Shown here: piece after piece, positions 33,977-47,400 of the stretch
How the letters are laid out: every line of letters begins with the position of its first letter
Position numbering within the stretch: the stretch's first letter is position 1
NCBI GenBank assembly: GCA_965240325.2
Contig: OZ251254.1
Location: 620,001 to 684,000, forward strand
Source of the DNA: Rebecca billardiae RCC1528
Taxonomy: Eukaryota; Protista; Haptophyta
DNA: 64,000 bases
Direction: 5' to 3'
The notes under the pieces: generated by a model
Told to the model about the DNA's origin: nothing
What the model saw: the letters and a program-made list of their open reading frames with translations, nothing else
The model's database searches: none
Made by a program: the position numbers and the translations under genes

Positions 33977-35120
33977 CAAGGGCGGTAAGGGCTGTCAACT
34001 CCCAGTGGCGCCGAGTGGCGGAGGTTCCGTGCCCCTCAACTCGTGCGGCCTCGCGGCGCAGCGGCTAAGTCTCCTGGGGCGCCGCCCTGGAGGGCGCGTG
34101 GGGTGCGCACGCCGCGTGCTCCTGCGCCCGCGGCAGCGGCCGCGGACACGGCGCGCGTGGTTGGTCGCCTGCTAGACAGCACGTAGTACCCTCCCACGCC
34201 GCGCGCCGCGCTCGCCGGCGCCCTCGCCGTGCCTCAGGCCAGCCGCGCACGCGCGCCGCGCTAAAAGCCAGCCGTGGCCACGCGCCAGCCGCCAGCGCGC
34301 GCGTGGTGCGCGGTGCGGTCGGCGCGGGTCGGGCGCGCGCCCGGGGCGAGGCTCGCGTATGATGGGCGCGCGTCATGCCGCCTCGCGCCGCCGCGCTGAC
34401 GCCGGCATGGGTCGGCGCGCACGTGTTTTCACGCTGTCGAGTGTGCATTGCCACGTTTGAAAATGCTCACGTTGAGACGATCATGGGAAGGCAGCGACGC
34501 GTGATAGACAAGCACAGACCACTGATATGTGCACGGCCAGCCTCATGTTATATATGGTCAATGGTGCCAAGCGAGTCCCCGAGTGCCGCCCGCGTTCGTC
34601 GCACTGATGCGCTCACAGCCACTTATCCAAGCTAATGTCTGATGGCCGAGGAATGCTCGACGAGCACCCTTCAGCAGCCGCGTGCAACGTGATCAAGCTC
34701 GTGGGCGGCGGCGCGAGGCGGCATGACGCGCGCCCATCATGCGTGAGCCTCGCCCCGGGCGCGCGCCCGACCCGCGCCGACCGCACCGCGCACCACGCGC
34801 GCGCTGGCGGCTGGCGCGTGGCCACGGCTGGCCATTGGCGCGGCGCGCGTGCGCGGCTGGCCTGAGGCACGGCGAGGGCGCCGGCGAGCGCGGCGCGCGG
34901 CGTGGGAGGGTACTACGTGCTGTCTAGCAGGCGACCAACCACGCGCGCCGTGTCCGCGGCCGCTGCCGCGGGCGCAGGAGCACGCGGCGTGCGCACCACG
35001 CGCCCTCCAGGGCGGCGCCCCAGGAGACTTAGCCGCTGCGCCGCGAGGCCGCACGAGTTGAGGGGCACGGAACCTCCGCCACTCGGCGCCACTGGGAGTT
35101 GACAGTCCTTACCGCCCTTG
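33977..35120. mobile_element. Foldback DNA transposon, ~417-bp TIRs, 7-bp TSD CCACAGC (P-superfamily-like ends)
   Basis: Arms 33977-34394 and 34705-35120 are reverse complements starting CAAGGGCGGTAAGG. CCACAGC occurs at 33970-33976 and 35121-35127, and once at the empty site in copy 2. Confidence 0.9.
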
Positions 35121-36235
35121 CCACAGCATTCGCTCGTGGCCGTGGGTGACGGACAGTCGGACCAGTGACACCTGTGAAGTTCTCCCACGTGCGGTATGCG
35201 TCCGTGCGCATCAGCGAGGCCCACACCCACGAGGGAATGCGCAGCACGCGGGGCGGGGCGGGTAGCCCGTTGCTCCGCGCGAGCGCGGGTACGCGCTGTA
35301 TGTGCCGCATCTCGACCGTGATGGCGTAATCGAGCGCCTCGCCGCCGACGAAGCCGCCAGAGTAGATCGTGTGCATGTCCTCCTGCCGCCAGCCGAGAGC
35401 GGTCGTCGCGAGGACGCTTGCCGATGTCCGCTCTGGGCATGATGGGCTCGGCGCAGGTCGCGTTGACATCGTACACGGCCGCCACAATGAGCACGAGCGC
35501 GTTGACGTTCACGCGGTCGTCGCTCTTCGCATCTTCGACAGGTCTGGCGCCCGCGTGCTCGGCGGCACGAGGAGCTGTTAGTTGTGCGCGCGCGCGCGCA
35601 CAGCGACAGCGTGTGCCACTCGCGATCGAGAGTGGGCACGAGCTGCTCACGCGGGCAGACGAATCGCAGCGCATCCGTCGCCGGCGTGACGACGTCCGCC
35701 TCGTCCCGCAGCGCCTGCGCCATGGACGAGGATGGCGCGGCGATGTTGCATGCTCGACGTTTCATCTCTCTGCGGATGGCATCACGGGCTTGTCTGTGTC
35801 ACGCTGCGGCGAGGGTCGCCAACTCGCCAAGACGCGGTTACTGCCACGGCGACAGACCCGGAAGGTTAAGGTGCGTCCGCTGCGCGTCGTACGCCGTTGG
35901 CGCTGCGCTTCCGTCGCATTGGTCATCACCGTCGACGCCATGGCAGGCCGGACGTGGTCGTGGGCTCGGCGGCTGACTCGGGCTGAGGGACCGCGAGCGA
36001 CAGTCCGGTGCGCGGATTCCGGCGATCGAGTTCAGAAGGCCGCGCACAACCCCCCCCACCGTGGAGGATTCCTTTGGTGGAGGCGCGAATTAATTTCTTA
36101 TAATCATGGGCCGGCGGCAGATTACGCGAGAATCTAGAGAATCTACTATCCGGGTCTTGTAGTTAGTTTAGTTCAGTGTGTGCATCCAAGGGAGGTGTGT
36201 GTCTCAGCCCAACCTGCATCAAGGATTCAAGGCAC

Positions 36236-39200
36236 ATGGCAGAGGAGGGTGGCGCGCACGGGAGCTCGGCCGCGGAGGCCGGCGGTGCGTTTGATCGGCG
36301 TCGGGCGGTGTGGACGCTCCCCCAATTCGTCTTGCGCCGCCGCCGACCGGGAGCGAATGCCGAACGCCTCGCGCCGGGCAAGCTGTCGGCTGTCGGCATC
36401 TCGGGTGTGGCCCACGGCGGCCGCATGCCGCGCGCGTGGTATCTGCACCCGCGCGCGTGGGTGACGGCCATCCTGGTCGGTGTCATCGTCGGCGTGGGCA
36501 TCTGGCAGGTACACGCGCAGGAGAGCAAGCGGCAGGCCGACCTCGTGTCTGAGGTGGAGCGCGTCGTGGTCGAGTACGCGCGCAAGCTGCACCGGCAGGT
36601 GATCGCGTCGACGTCGGCGACGTTCGCGCTGGCGTCGGTGGTGCAGGCGTTCCACGGGAACGTGACGACGGAGCAGTTCCACACCGTCGCGGATCAACTG
36701 ATCGAGGGCTTCAGCGGCATCACCCACATCCAGCTGATGCCGGGCGGCGTCTCAACAGCCGTCTTTCCCTACAACGAGCGCACCCGACGCACGCTCGGCA
36801 TCTCACTGCTGGTCTTCCCGCCGCGGCGCGCGGAGGTGCTGGCCGAGCTGGCGGCATTCCCCGAGCGGCGCGCCACGGTCACCGGCCCGCGCCCGCTCCT
36901 CCTCCTCGGCGAGCTCGGCATCGTGATCCGCCATCCAATCTACACGACGGACGCGCCGCAGTTCCTGGACCTTGAGCCCTACCTCTTCAAGCCAACGAAC
37001 GCGACGTTCGAGGTGGACTGCTCGACCGAGGCGCTGCGCCGCGAGAACTGCTACTTCCCCGGCCCCGACACCGCGGACGGCGAGCCCACGCGGCTGTGGG
37101 GCCTCACGACCATCCTCGCGTCCGTCGACGACCTGCTGCGGCCGAGCGGGCTGCATCGGCTCGAGGATCGAGTGGTGGGCGAGCTGAGCGGCTTCAATTG
37201 GCAGGTCATCGACCGGCAGAAGCACCCGACGCTCGAGCAGCAAGACGGCATCTTCGCCGCCTCCGAGAGCGCGCCCGCCAACGCGACGATGGACGGCGTC
37301 GTCGAGGGGAACGTGTCGATCCCCGAGCTCGGCATCGACTGGGCCATTCTCGTCGCGCCCAAGGAGGGCTGGCCGCTCACCTCGGACGGCTTCGTGCTGC
37401 AGCTCGCGCTCATCGCGCTCTTCACCGTGGTTGGCGGCATCGGGATGGGCTGCGTGATCATCGGCGGCGTGCGCCACGACTACATCTCGCGCCTCTCAAA
37501 CGAGATGGCGGCGCGCGAGGCGACCGCGGCCGCGACCGCACGCTCCCGGCTCATTCGCACTGTGATGCACGACCTGCGCTCGCCGCTGATGAGCGTGAGC
37601 TCGCTCTCGCGCGCGCTGCTCTCGACGGATCCCGAGGCGGACGTGCTCAGCGTGCCGCGCGCGCACATGCAGGCCGTGAAGGAGTGCAGCGCTCTCTGCG
37701 AAGGCATTGTGTCCGATATGCTCGGTGCGCGCCGCGCGGCGCAAGTCGCACTTGGCGGCGGCGCAGCGGCGGCCGCGCCCTCGCCGCGTGCCCAACCCGC
37801 CCCCGCCCGCCCACCCATGCGCGTGTGCGTGTGCGTGTGCGTGCGGCAGATTTTGAGCGAGTGGAGGCGGGCCGACTCAAGCTGGTGTTCGTGCCCTTCC
37901 GCGTGGCCGAGCTGCTGAGCGGCTCGATGGCGACCTTCGAGACCGTCGCGCGCGACAAGGGCGGCCACTTCAAGTGCGAGCAGCTCGAGGGCCTCGCGGC
38001 GAGCGCACTGCTCCGAGGCGACGTGAGGCGGGTGCAGCAATGTGCGCGCGGTGCGCGTGTGGCCGCGGCGCCGCGGCGCTGCCCGCGGGCTCTCCGCGCG
38101 GCGTGGCGCGTGCCGCGTTTCTCTGCGGGTCGTCGGCGATGCCCTCCCACCGCACCGCACCGCCGCTCACCGCACCACCACCGCACCGCGCTTGCGCCTC
38201 GGCTGCGCGTGCGCGGCGCCCGCCATCGTCGCGTCGTCCCGCCGTGCTGCTGCCTCTGCCTCTGCCCTGCGCTCGGCACGCTCGGCGCAGGCGTGAATAA
38301 CGGCATCTCGAATGCGCTCAAGTTCAACCGCACGGGCGGCGCCACCACCGTGCGCTTCAGCGTGCGTCCGGCCCACCCGCCGGCCGCAGCCAGCGGCACG
38401 GCGGACGACGGCCCGCGCAAGAGCGGCACCGGACTCGGCAACGGCCGGCCTGCGTCGCCCGCGGCGCGCATGTGCCTGCGCGTGAAGGCGCGCGGCCGCA
38501 CTCGGTCCGCCGTGCACACCGACGCCCCCGTCCGCAACTCCGCCTCGGATGGCGGCTTGCGCCCGGCCAGCAAGGGCTCCCCACCGTCGTCGCCGTCGTC
38601 GGGCGCACCCGGACTCGCGGGCGCATCCGGACCCGCAGACGCATCCCCACTCGCGCTCGTCCGGACCGGCTCGCACTCGTCCAACCGGAGCGAGACGGTG
38701 AGCGTCTCGGCGCCCATGCTGACGATCATCCCGAGCCGCGATGGTCGCGGTTCCGGCCTCGGCGCTGGCCCCGGCGGCGAGGGCAGCTCTGCCGCGAGCA
38801 CGGACGGCGGGCGCGAAGGGCACGATGCGCCGAGTGTGGACTGGGTCGAGCTCGTGGTCGAGGTGTGCGACGAGGGCGTTGGGCTGGACGCCGAGGAGCT
38901 GGAGACGCTGAGCAGTACGGAGCCCTTCACGCAGGTGCGTGGGCTGTGCGTCCGTGTCGCTCGCCGCACCGCACCGCACCGCACACCACCGCACCGCACA
39001 CCACCGCACACCACCGCACCGCACACCACCGCACCGCACACCACTGCATCGCGCCGCACCGCGAGGGGCCAGAGGGCAGCTGCCGAATCGTCGCGCGCAT
39101 GCGGCGCCCGCTCTGGGGGCCTGCACACGCGCGCCGCGCACGCCACCCGCGCCGCTCGGCCACCCCGTGCGCACCGCCTGCCTGCCCGCGCACCCGCTCG

Positions 39201-40320
39201 CGCGCGACCCGCTCACGACTCCGGCCCGGTCTCGCCGCGCGGCTCGCAGGTGGGACTGGGGCAGATGCAGGGCAACGGCGGCACAGGGCTCGGCCTCAAC
39301 ATCGTGCGCCAGCTGCTGCGGCTGCACCACGACTCCCAGCTCGAGATTGAGTCGCAAGGGAAGGGTCGCGGCACGTGCTTCCGCCTCAGAATCCGGTGCG
39401 AGCTGCTCCGGGAGGGCGAGGGCGAGGGCGAGGGCGAGGAGCAGGCGCAGGCGCAGGCGCCGCCTGCCCACGCCGCGTCAGGCAGGCCACCCATCGCCCC
39501 GCCGCAGCACGGGCGGCCAAGAACCGCGCTGGCAACGCTGCCGCACAGGCCGGTGCTCGCCACCGTGCAGGCCACGCCGCCGGCCACGCCGGAGGCGGCG
39601 GGACGCGGAGCAGAGCTCGCCGCCGCACTCGCGTCGGCCGACGCCGCGGCCACGACGGGCAGAGGATGTGGGCCCGCGCTGGCCGAGCCGCGCACCGTGG
39701 GCTCGACCGCCGCCCCTGGCGACGGCGGCGTAGACGCGCGCGTCGGCGCCACCGGCATCGTCGGCGCCACCGGCGGCGACGCCGGCGGCGACGACGGCGG
39801 TGACATGGCGCCCCTCTTTCCGCCCGGCTACCGCGTGCTGCACGTGGAGGATGACGCGTTCGTCCGGCTCACGCTGCCGATGTCGACATTCGAGCCGCTC
39901 GGCGTGCCTTTCGACCAGGTGGACGACGGTGAGCAGGCCGTCGAGCTTTACAAGCGCGGCGCGCGGCACAGCGCGATCGTGGTGGACAACCAAATGCCCA
40001 TCCTCAACGGGACCGCCACCGTGCGCGCGCTCCGCGAGCTCGGCTGCACCGCGCTGATCATCGGCGTGACCGGCGACCCGCCCGGCTGCCACGAGCGCAA
40101 TTGCTTCCAGGCGGCGGGCCTTGACATGTGTCTCGACAAGGACACGGACGGGCTGCACCAGCTCGTCGACGTGCTCAAGGCGGACGGGCAGCGGCTCTTG
40201 CGCGATGCTTCACCCGTGCACGGCGCGACACGCCCTCTGGAAGAGCTGCCAACTGAGCCGTCGTCCCTGCTTGCGCAGCGCGCCGCCGACGCGCCGCCGA
40301 CTGGCGCTGACGCCGTCTGA
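36236..40320 (+). CDS. Hybrid sensor histidine kinase TM-CHASE-TM-HisKA-HATPase-REC; exons 36236-37724, 37850-38041, 38291-38934, 39250-40320
   Basis: CHASE-like IQLMPGGVSTAVFP..LGISLL..P.RR..TGP..L..G.LGIVIRHPIY..LWG; H-box MHDLRSPL; N-box NGISNALKF; G1 DEGVG; F PFTQ; G2 GGTGLGL; receiver LHVEDD..VVDNQMPILNG..IIGVTG..K. Confidence 0.92.
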
Positions 40321-41367
40321 GTGAGAGTCGCATTATATATATATATAAACTGTGCCCTGGCGGGCGGGGGGGTCGGCGGGCCGTGCCAGTGCTGTCGCAA
40401 TGTTTCCTCTGCGGGTTCGCGTCTTTCATCCACAGCATTCGCTCGTGGCCGTGGGTGACGGACAGTCGGACCAGTGACACCTGTGAAGTTCTCCCACGCG
40501 GTGCGGTGTACGCGTTCACGCGCATCAGCGAGGCCCACACCCACGAGGGAATGTGCAGCACGCGGGGCGGGGCGGGTAGCGCGTTGCTCCGCGCGAGCGC
40601 GGGTACGCGCTGTATGTGCCGCATCTCGACCGCGATGGCGTAATCGAGCGTCTCGCCACCGACGAAGCCGCCAGAGTAGATCATGTGCATGTCCTCCTGC
40701 CGCCAGCCGAGAGCGGTCGTCGCGAAGACGCTTGCCGATGTCCGCTCCGGGCATGATCGGCTCGACGCAGGTCGCGTTAACATCGTACACGGCCGCCACG
40801 CTGAGCACGAGCGCGTTGACGTTCACGCGGTCGTCGCTCTTCGCCTCTTTGACAGGTCTGGCGCCCGCGTGTTCGGCGGCACGAGGAGCTGTTGCTTGTG
40901 CGCGCGCGCGCGCACAGCGACAGCGTGTGCCACTCGCGCTTGAGAGTGGGCACGAGCTGCTCACGCAGGCACACGAATCGCAGCGCATCCGTCACCGGCG
41001 TGACGACGTCCGCCTCGTCCCGCAGCGCCTGCGCCATGGACGAGGATGGCGCGGCGATGTTGCATGCTCGACGATTCATCTCTCTGCGGATGGCATCACG
41101 GGCTTGTCTGTGTCACGCTGCGGCGAGGGTCGCCAACTCGCGAAGACGCGGTTGCTGCCACGGCGGCAGACCCCGGAGGTGCGTCCGCTGCGCGTCGTAC
41201 GCCGTTGGCGCTGCGCTTCCGTCGCATTGGTCACTGTCGACGCCATGCAGGCCGGACGTGGGCTTCGGCTGAGGGACCGCGAGCGACGACTGAGTCCGGT
41301 GCGCGGATTCCGGCGATCGAGCAAGGGGGTTCAATCAAAGGAATGAAAGGGGATAGGACGGCAACTC

Positions 41368-44300
41368 CAGTGACCGAGGTCATGGTACCGACTCCATCGT
41401 GCCGGGGGCCGAGGGCCGCTGAGTTCCGAGCGACGCCGAGGCCGCCCCCTCCCTCCCGCTCCCGAGCGCCGCTCCGCCGCGGGCGTGCACGCCGCCAATT
41501 CGACGCGCGCGGCGCTGCCATGCTGTCGACGCTTCAACCGGGTCGTCAGTCGACTGCCGCCGCGCCCGCGCCCGCCGCCGAGCCCACCGGGTGCGCCACG
41601 CGCCGCGCGGCACGCGCGGGCGCCGAACCGACCGGCGCCACCGCGAGCGCCCGCGTGAGGGGCGAGAGAGGGGGAAATTCGCGGGTGTTCAGCTTTGAAT
41701 GTGGGGTTGGGTCCACCGAGCCCACACACAGACCTTAACACCCGCGAAAATGTCCCCAGACCGTGCGCTCACGACGCGCGTATGCTACCTTCCCGAGTGC
41801 AACAAAGCTGGTTGTGCACCTCTGCGTGCGCCGTCGCCTGAGTCGAGAGAGCGGATATTTCGCGGGTGTCTTCGTTTGGGCAAGGCCCCTTGCTACTACT
41901 CTCGGCATGCATGCCCGAAGACCCGCGTTCTAGCGTGCGGGGCGCGAGCAGACCACGACGCGCACACGCGGCGCGCCTTGGCACAATGCACCTGGCCATG
42001 CGACGCCCGTGCGAGCGTCGTCCGAGGCGAGAGAGGGGGCTGTTCGCGGGTGTCTTTGCTTCTTTGGAGGGTTGTGTCCATGCCCTTGGCACACACGCCT
42101 TAACACCCGCGATTTGTCCGAAGATCGCGCGCTCACGACAGCGCGCGCGCGCGGCAGCGTGCGCGCGCCGCGCGTCGTGGAGGACTCGCCTAGCTGCGAG
42201 CACCGCCTACAGCAACTGCGCCATCCTCGAACGCGCTAGAGCCTGGAGAGCGTCGCCCAACGCGGGCAGATGCTCGTATCCTCTTCAGAGAAACGTGCAG
42301 TAGACATGCGCGTGCCATTCGTATCGACGGATGCCATGACGAATGGCATGATGCGGCCGAGTGGCCCGTATCAGGCGGGACTAGGCCTGCGCTGCGCAAT
42401 CACTTCATAGACCGTACATCATCGTTGCGCACGCTGCCTAGCAGCTAGTCCGAAGCCGCTGATGTATGTGCCGAGTCTAGAGGCTACAGTCTGACCCAGG
42501 CGATTGCCATCGTCTCTCTCCGACCGCGACTCAGTGGCAGCATCGTCGATATCGTCAGTGCCGAACGCTGGTTGGGGCTAGGCAGCCTGCATTCGCTTGT
42601 CGACGACGCGCAGCGCGCGCGCGCTGTCGTGAGCGCGCGATCTTCGGACAAATCGCGGGTGTTAAGGCGTGTGTGCCAAGGGCATGGACACAACCCTCCA
42701 AAGAAGCAAAGACACCCACGAACAGCCCCCTCTCGCCTCGGACGACGCTCGCACGGGCGTCGCATGGCCAGGTGCATTGTGCCAAGGCGCGCCGCGTGTG
42801 CGCGTCGTGGTCTGCTCGCGCCCCGCACGCTAGAACGCGGGTCTTCGGGCATGCATGCCGAGAGTAGTAGCAAGGGGCCTTGCCCAAACGAAGACACCCG
42901 CGAAATATCCGCTCTCTCGACTCAGGCGACGGCGCACGCAGAGGTGCACAACCAGCTTTGTTGCACTCGGGAAGGTAGCATACGCGCGTCGTGAGCGCAC
43001 GGTCTGGGGACATTTTCGCGGGTGTTAAGGTCTGTGTGTGGGCTCGGTGGACCCAACCCCACATTCAAAGCTGAACACCCGCGAATTTCCCCCTCTCTCG
43101 CCCCTCACGCGGGCGCTCGCGGTGGCGCCGGTCGGTTCGGCGCCCGCGCGTGCCGCGCGGCGCGTGGCGCACCCGGTGGGCTCGGCGGCGGGCGCGGGCG
43201 CGGCGGCAGTCGACTGACGACCCGGTTGAAGCGTCGACAGCATGGCAGCGCCGCGCGCGTCGAATTGGCGGCGTGCACGCCCGCGGCGGAGCGGCGCTCG
43301 GGAGCGGGAGGGAGGGGGCGGCCTCGGCGTCGCTCGGAACTCAGCGGCCCTCGGCCCCCGGCACGATGGAGTCGGAGTGCACTCGAGCGAAAACGTGCCA
43401 GGCTAGGCATGCGCGGCCCAGTGCGGGCTAGGCATCGGGGGCGATGCCTAGCCCGGCCAGGCTAGGCATTCGCCCATACCCTCGCGTCGTCAGAACTTTC
43501 GGAAACGAAAGTCGCGCAAAGGCGGCCCCGGTCTTCTTTCACGGCGGCGCAAGGGGCGCGGGGGCGCTGGCTCGCGATCCGAAGGGCAGTCGCTCGCGAC
43601 CTCGCTTGGGCGGCGGCAGCGGCGCTGCGGCATACTGTTTGCCACGCGCGCGGCTGTGTGCGATCGCGCGGTCCCGTTCGTCGCCACGCCGCGCGCGACC
43701 GTTCACGGCACAGTCTTTCCGCACTGTGAGCACCCCTTGCCAGCGCACGGCGGCGGAGAGCCCAGACAGCCCGTCACGCGCGCGACGTCCTTGTGGGATG
43801 CGATGTACCCAGGTTCTTTGGGTTCCCGGAGGCATGCGCTTGCCCACGGGGTGGGCAAGAGGATCATGGACGACTGCTGCGCTGTCCATGCCTCGTTGAC
43901 CGATTGGCAGACGATGACTCATCTTGCAGCAGTAGAGAGTGGTCTGGATGCTGAACAGGCTCACCAAAACGCAGGCGCATGCTAGCATTAGGGTGAGTAC
44001 ATCGCATCCCACAAGGATGTCGCGCGCGTGACGGGCTGTCTGGGCTCTCCGCCGCCGTGCGCTGGCAAGGGGTGCTCACAGTGCGGAAAGACTGTGCCGT
44101 GAACGGTCGCGCGCGGCGTGGCGACGAACGGGACCGCGCGATCGCACACAGCCGCGCGCGTGGCAAACAGTATGCCGCAGCGCCGCTGCCGCCGCCCAAG
44201 CGAGGTCGCGAGCGACTGCCCTTCGGATCGCGAGCCAGCGCCCCCGCGCCCCTTGCGCCGCCGTGAAAGAAGACCGGGGCCGCCTTTGCGCGACTTTCGT

Positions 44301-44464
44301 TTCCGAAAGTTCTGACGACGTGAGGGTATGGGCGAATGCCTAGCCTGGCCGGGCTAGGCATCGCCCCCGATGCCTAGCCCGCACTGGGCCGCGCATGCCT
44401 AGCCTGGCACGTTTTCGCTCGAGTGCACTCAGTCGGTACCATGACCTCGGTCTCCGGCGCGCTG
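41368..44464. mobile_element. Element C: foldback element with ~780-bp arms inserted in the left TIR of B
   Basis: 41373-42152 is the near-perfect reverse complement of 42613-43374 + 44431-44451, with a ~460-bp spacer. Confidence 0.88.
43375..44430. mobile_element. Element D: foldback element with ~434-bp arms and 5-bp TSD AGTCG inserted in the right TIR of C
   Basis: Arms 43375-43808 and 43997-44430. Palindromic termini GAGTGCACTC. AGTCG at 43370-43374 and 44431-44435. Confidence 0.92.
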
Positions 44465-47400
44465 TGAGAGCGGCCGCCTGCGGAATAAGGGGTTGGACAC
44501 CCACGCGCGAATGGGGTTGGACACCGAGCGTGGGTGTCCAACCCCCCGCCGGTATCCAACCCCCCTTCGCCGCCGACGGAGCGCTCCGGGGGCGGCGCGG
44601 GCGGTTCGGGTGGGCCCACCCGACCACAATGACCCGCGCCGGCCACCGCAACGCCGCCTCGCGACCCACTTCGCGCCCCGTGGGCACCTCGCAGAATCGC
44701 GCGGCCCCGGTGCAGGCGGCGCGCGCCTGCGCGCGCGCTGCCGAGCGAGTGTGCGCGGATGGCGCGGGTTCTCCGCGGCGCGGAATGACGGGAATGATGC
44801 CATCCTTCGTGTCGCCGCGCAGCGCAAGGTCGCCGCCAGGTTCGCGGGCTGTCACGACCCTGCCCACCAGCGAGCGCGGATAGCTGAGCCGGGCCGCCAG
44901 CTCGATGCCTTGGCGAGTGCGGCGGTTGGCGTAGATGCGCCGCCCGCAAGCGTCCTCGCGCACGTCCATCTTGGCGTACGTCCCGCATGACACTCTTGAC
45001 GCGCTACTGGCCACACGTCGCCGGCACTTCGACAACCTGAGCCGCGGGCATTGTCTGAGCTCCTCGCCATGCGCACGGCCGAGGTCGGTGCTCAGCAGGC
45101 GTCGCAGACTCTGAGGGCAGGCTGGCGGTCTGGAACGATCTGCGGGGAGCCTGCTGAATCGCGCTCGGAGTACCGTCGCTGGTCAGCACTGACCAGTACG
45201 AGCAGTCATGCTACAGCGTTTGGTGCCAGCGCTAAGGTAGGGCGGCCCGCAGGTTTAGTCGCTGACTCGGCACAGCCGTGACGACTTTGTCTCAGCCCGC
45301 ACGCCCGCTACGCGCCGAGCCGGGCAGAGCCCATCCGCCCATGCATGCACCAGGCCCAGCCGCGTAAGCGCACACATACCCACCTGGTCGCGGCACCGCT
45401 GACCAGTGCTCTGTGCGGCACGGGGTCGACACGCCCGGCGGTCGGCGCGCATGCACGAGCCAGCCGACGGGCAGGTCTGGGATCCTTTTCGGCGTGGAGC
45501 GCCGTCGTGTGAGCGGCATTAAGTCAGCTGTTCCCCGGCGTTTGCGCATTCGGGAGTCGTGCTGCTACGGTGGGCTTGCCGCGCGCCAACTCTGCGACGC
45601 TGGCAAAAATAGGCGACGACGAAACTGCACTCGCAGCCACACGCAGCCCATTTTCATTTTGATGCCCTCGGAGCAGGCTCGGGCATGCACTCGATCGGCT
45701 CTGGCTGACGGCAGCGCCAAGCTGGCGGCACGGCGCGAGGATGTATGCGTGGCGTTGGTGGCGTGGGCAGACCGCAGAGCTACGCCGCACACGCACCGCG
45801 CGCCGCGCGGTTGCCGGTTCAGCGCCACGGGGGCTACAGACACCTGGCGGCACGCAGGCAGGTCTGCTCGCCGCCAGTCGGGCTCGCCGGCCGCCGGGTA
45901 CCAAACTTCAATCAACAACGACCCAGGATGCACACCCACGCCTATTGGCGAGGACTCGAGCTATCGGGTCCGGGCACACCTCAACTGCACTCGCCGCCAC
46001 CGCAGTGAAGCAGTGTCGCCAAAATACGCCCAGGCTACAGTAGCATGGTGTCGAAAGCGAACGTGTCAGGGGCTAATAAGTAATAATTTACGACATACGA
46101 TTATTGCTGTGCTACTATTACGACAGCCAACTGAGTAGCTAGTAGTGTACAGTGAATAGTGACGGCGCCGTACCATCGGGCCCGGATCGGCGACGGCTGC
46201 TTCATGGGCGGCGGCAGTTGGCGGGCGTCGGACTCGGAGTCGATTTCGCCTGCCTACTGAGTAACTGAGCTGTAAGCGCCTATGTAAAATATGATATAAT
46301 TCTTAGCTAGCAGTACGTAGTCGTACGTAGTAAACTGATATGACACTGTATTCGATCGTGCTACGACCGTTTACTATAAGGATAAGAGACGCACACAGCT
46401 CAGGCAGGCGAGATCGTTTCCAGCAGTTGTTCCGCCTACTTTTTTTGTTTGCATTGCAATTTGATTCATCAAAATGATACGACTGCCGGGCGGCCCTCAT
46501 TGCCTGCGTTGCCGTTGGCCTCGATCAGATGCGGATGAGCGCTAGGCGCGCGTGCGGCGTGAGACGCGGCGGCCGTCGAGTTGCCGTGCGAAAGCCACGC
46601 GCGTTGCTTGCGTGGTATTGGAAGGCTGTCATATGCTTCGTCCTGTGCCCCGCAGCTTGCTCCTCGTCGACTGACGGTGCCTACGATCAGCGCACGTGCA
46701 TGCGAGCGGCGCCTCAGAGCTGAGCCGTCCGTGCCGGCCTCAGCGGCGTCAGTGCCCGCCTGGCGCGCGATGCGATCAACTCGGGGCACGAGCTGAGGCT
46801 GAGCGAGGAAGCATGTATCTGCGCGCAAGCCGCGTCACATTGAGCCACCGATCGTGCGTTTACAGCCGCGCGAAGGAGACGGCTGTCGATGAGTTCCCGA
46901 TCAGCCTGCACGAGCCGTGCATGCAGTGAAGTGGAAACAACAGACCGTAAGCGCCGTGGAGCCATGAATCGGAGTCTTCGGGATGCGTATGGTCGCGACA
47001 ACATATGCGCATCTGTAAGCACCACCTGCGCACGTGGCTGTTGTCATGCCATGCATGAGTATTAGTTGCTCTGACAAGTACTCCTGTCAAGTTCAGGCTG
47101 TCAAGGGCTCGGCCCATTCGCCAAGGCGAGAAGAAATTATGCGTGCGAGGTGCATGGCATGCTCACCATCGGCGACTCAAGGCAGCGCGGCTTGCGCACA
47201 GGTACATGCTTGCTCTCCACGCCCGCGACAGTCGAGCGCGCCCGTATCCCTCTCGCCAACCGCCGCACTCGCCAAGGCATCGAGCTGGCGGCCCGGCTCA
47301 GCCATCCGCGCTCGCTGGTGGGCAGGGTCGTGACAGCGCGCGAACCTGGCGGCGACCTTGCGCTGCGCGGCGACACGAACGATGGCATCCTTCCCGTCAT

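Larger units (their letters stand above)
32606..36045 (-). mobile_element. Repeat family A, copy 1 (interrupted by two insertions)
   Basis: Colinear with 40347-41321 and 62945-64000 once 32661-33916 and 33977-35120 are removed. Confidence 0.85.

Noticed and set aside
32606-41321. Family-A copies as LTRs or a composite transposon carrying the histidine kinase
   Set aside because: No TG..CA ends, PBS, gag/pol or outer TSD. A third independent copy exists. Mobilisation is kept only as a hypothesis.
44932-47253. Transposase or Fanzor/TnpB inside element B or the other foldback spacers
   Set aside because: No long ORF and no recognisable DDE, RuvC or zinc-finger motifs by eye. A frameshift-aware search could still find remnants.
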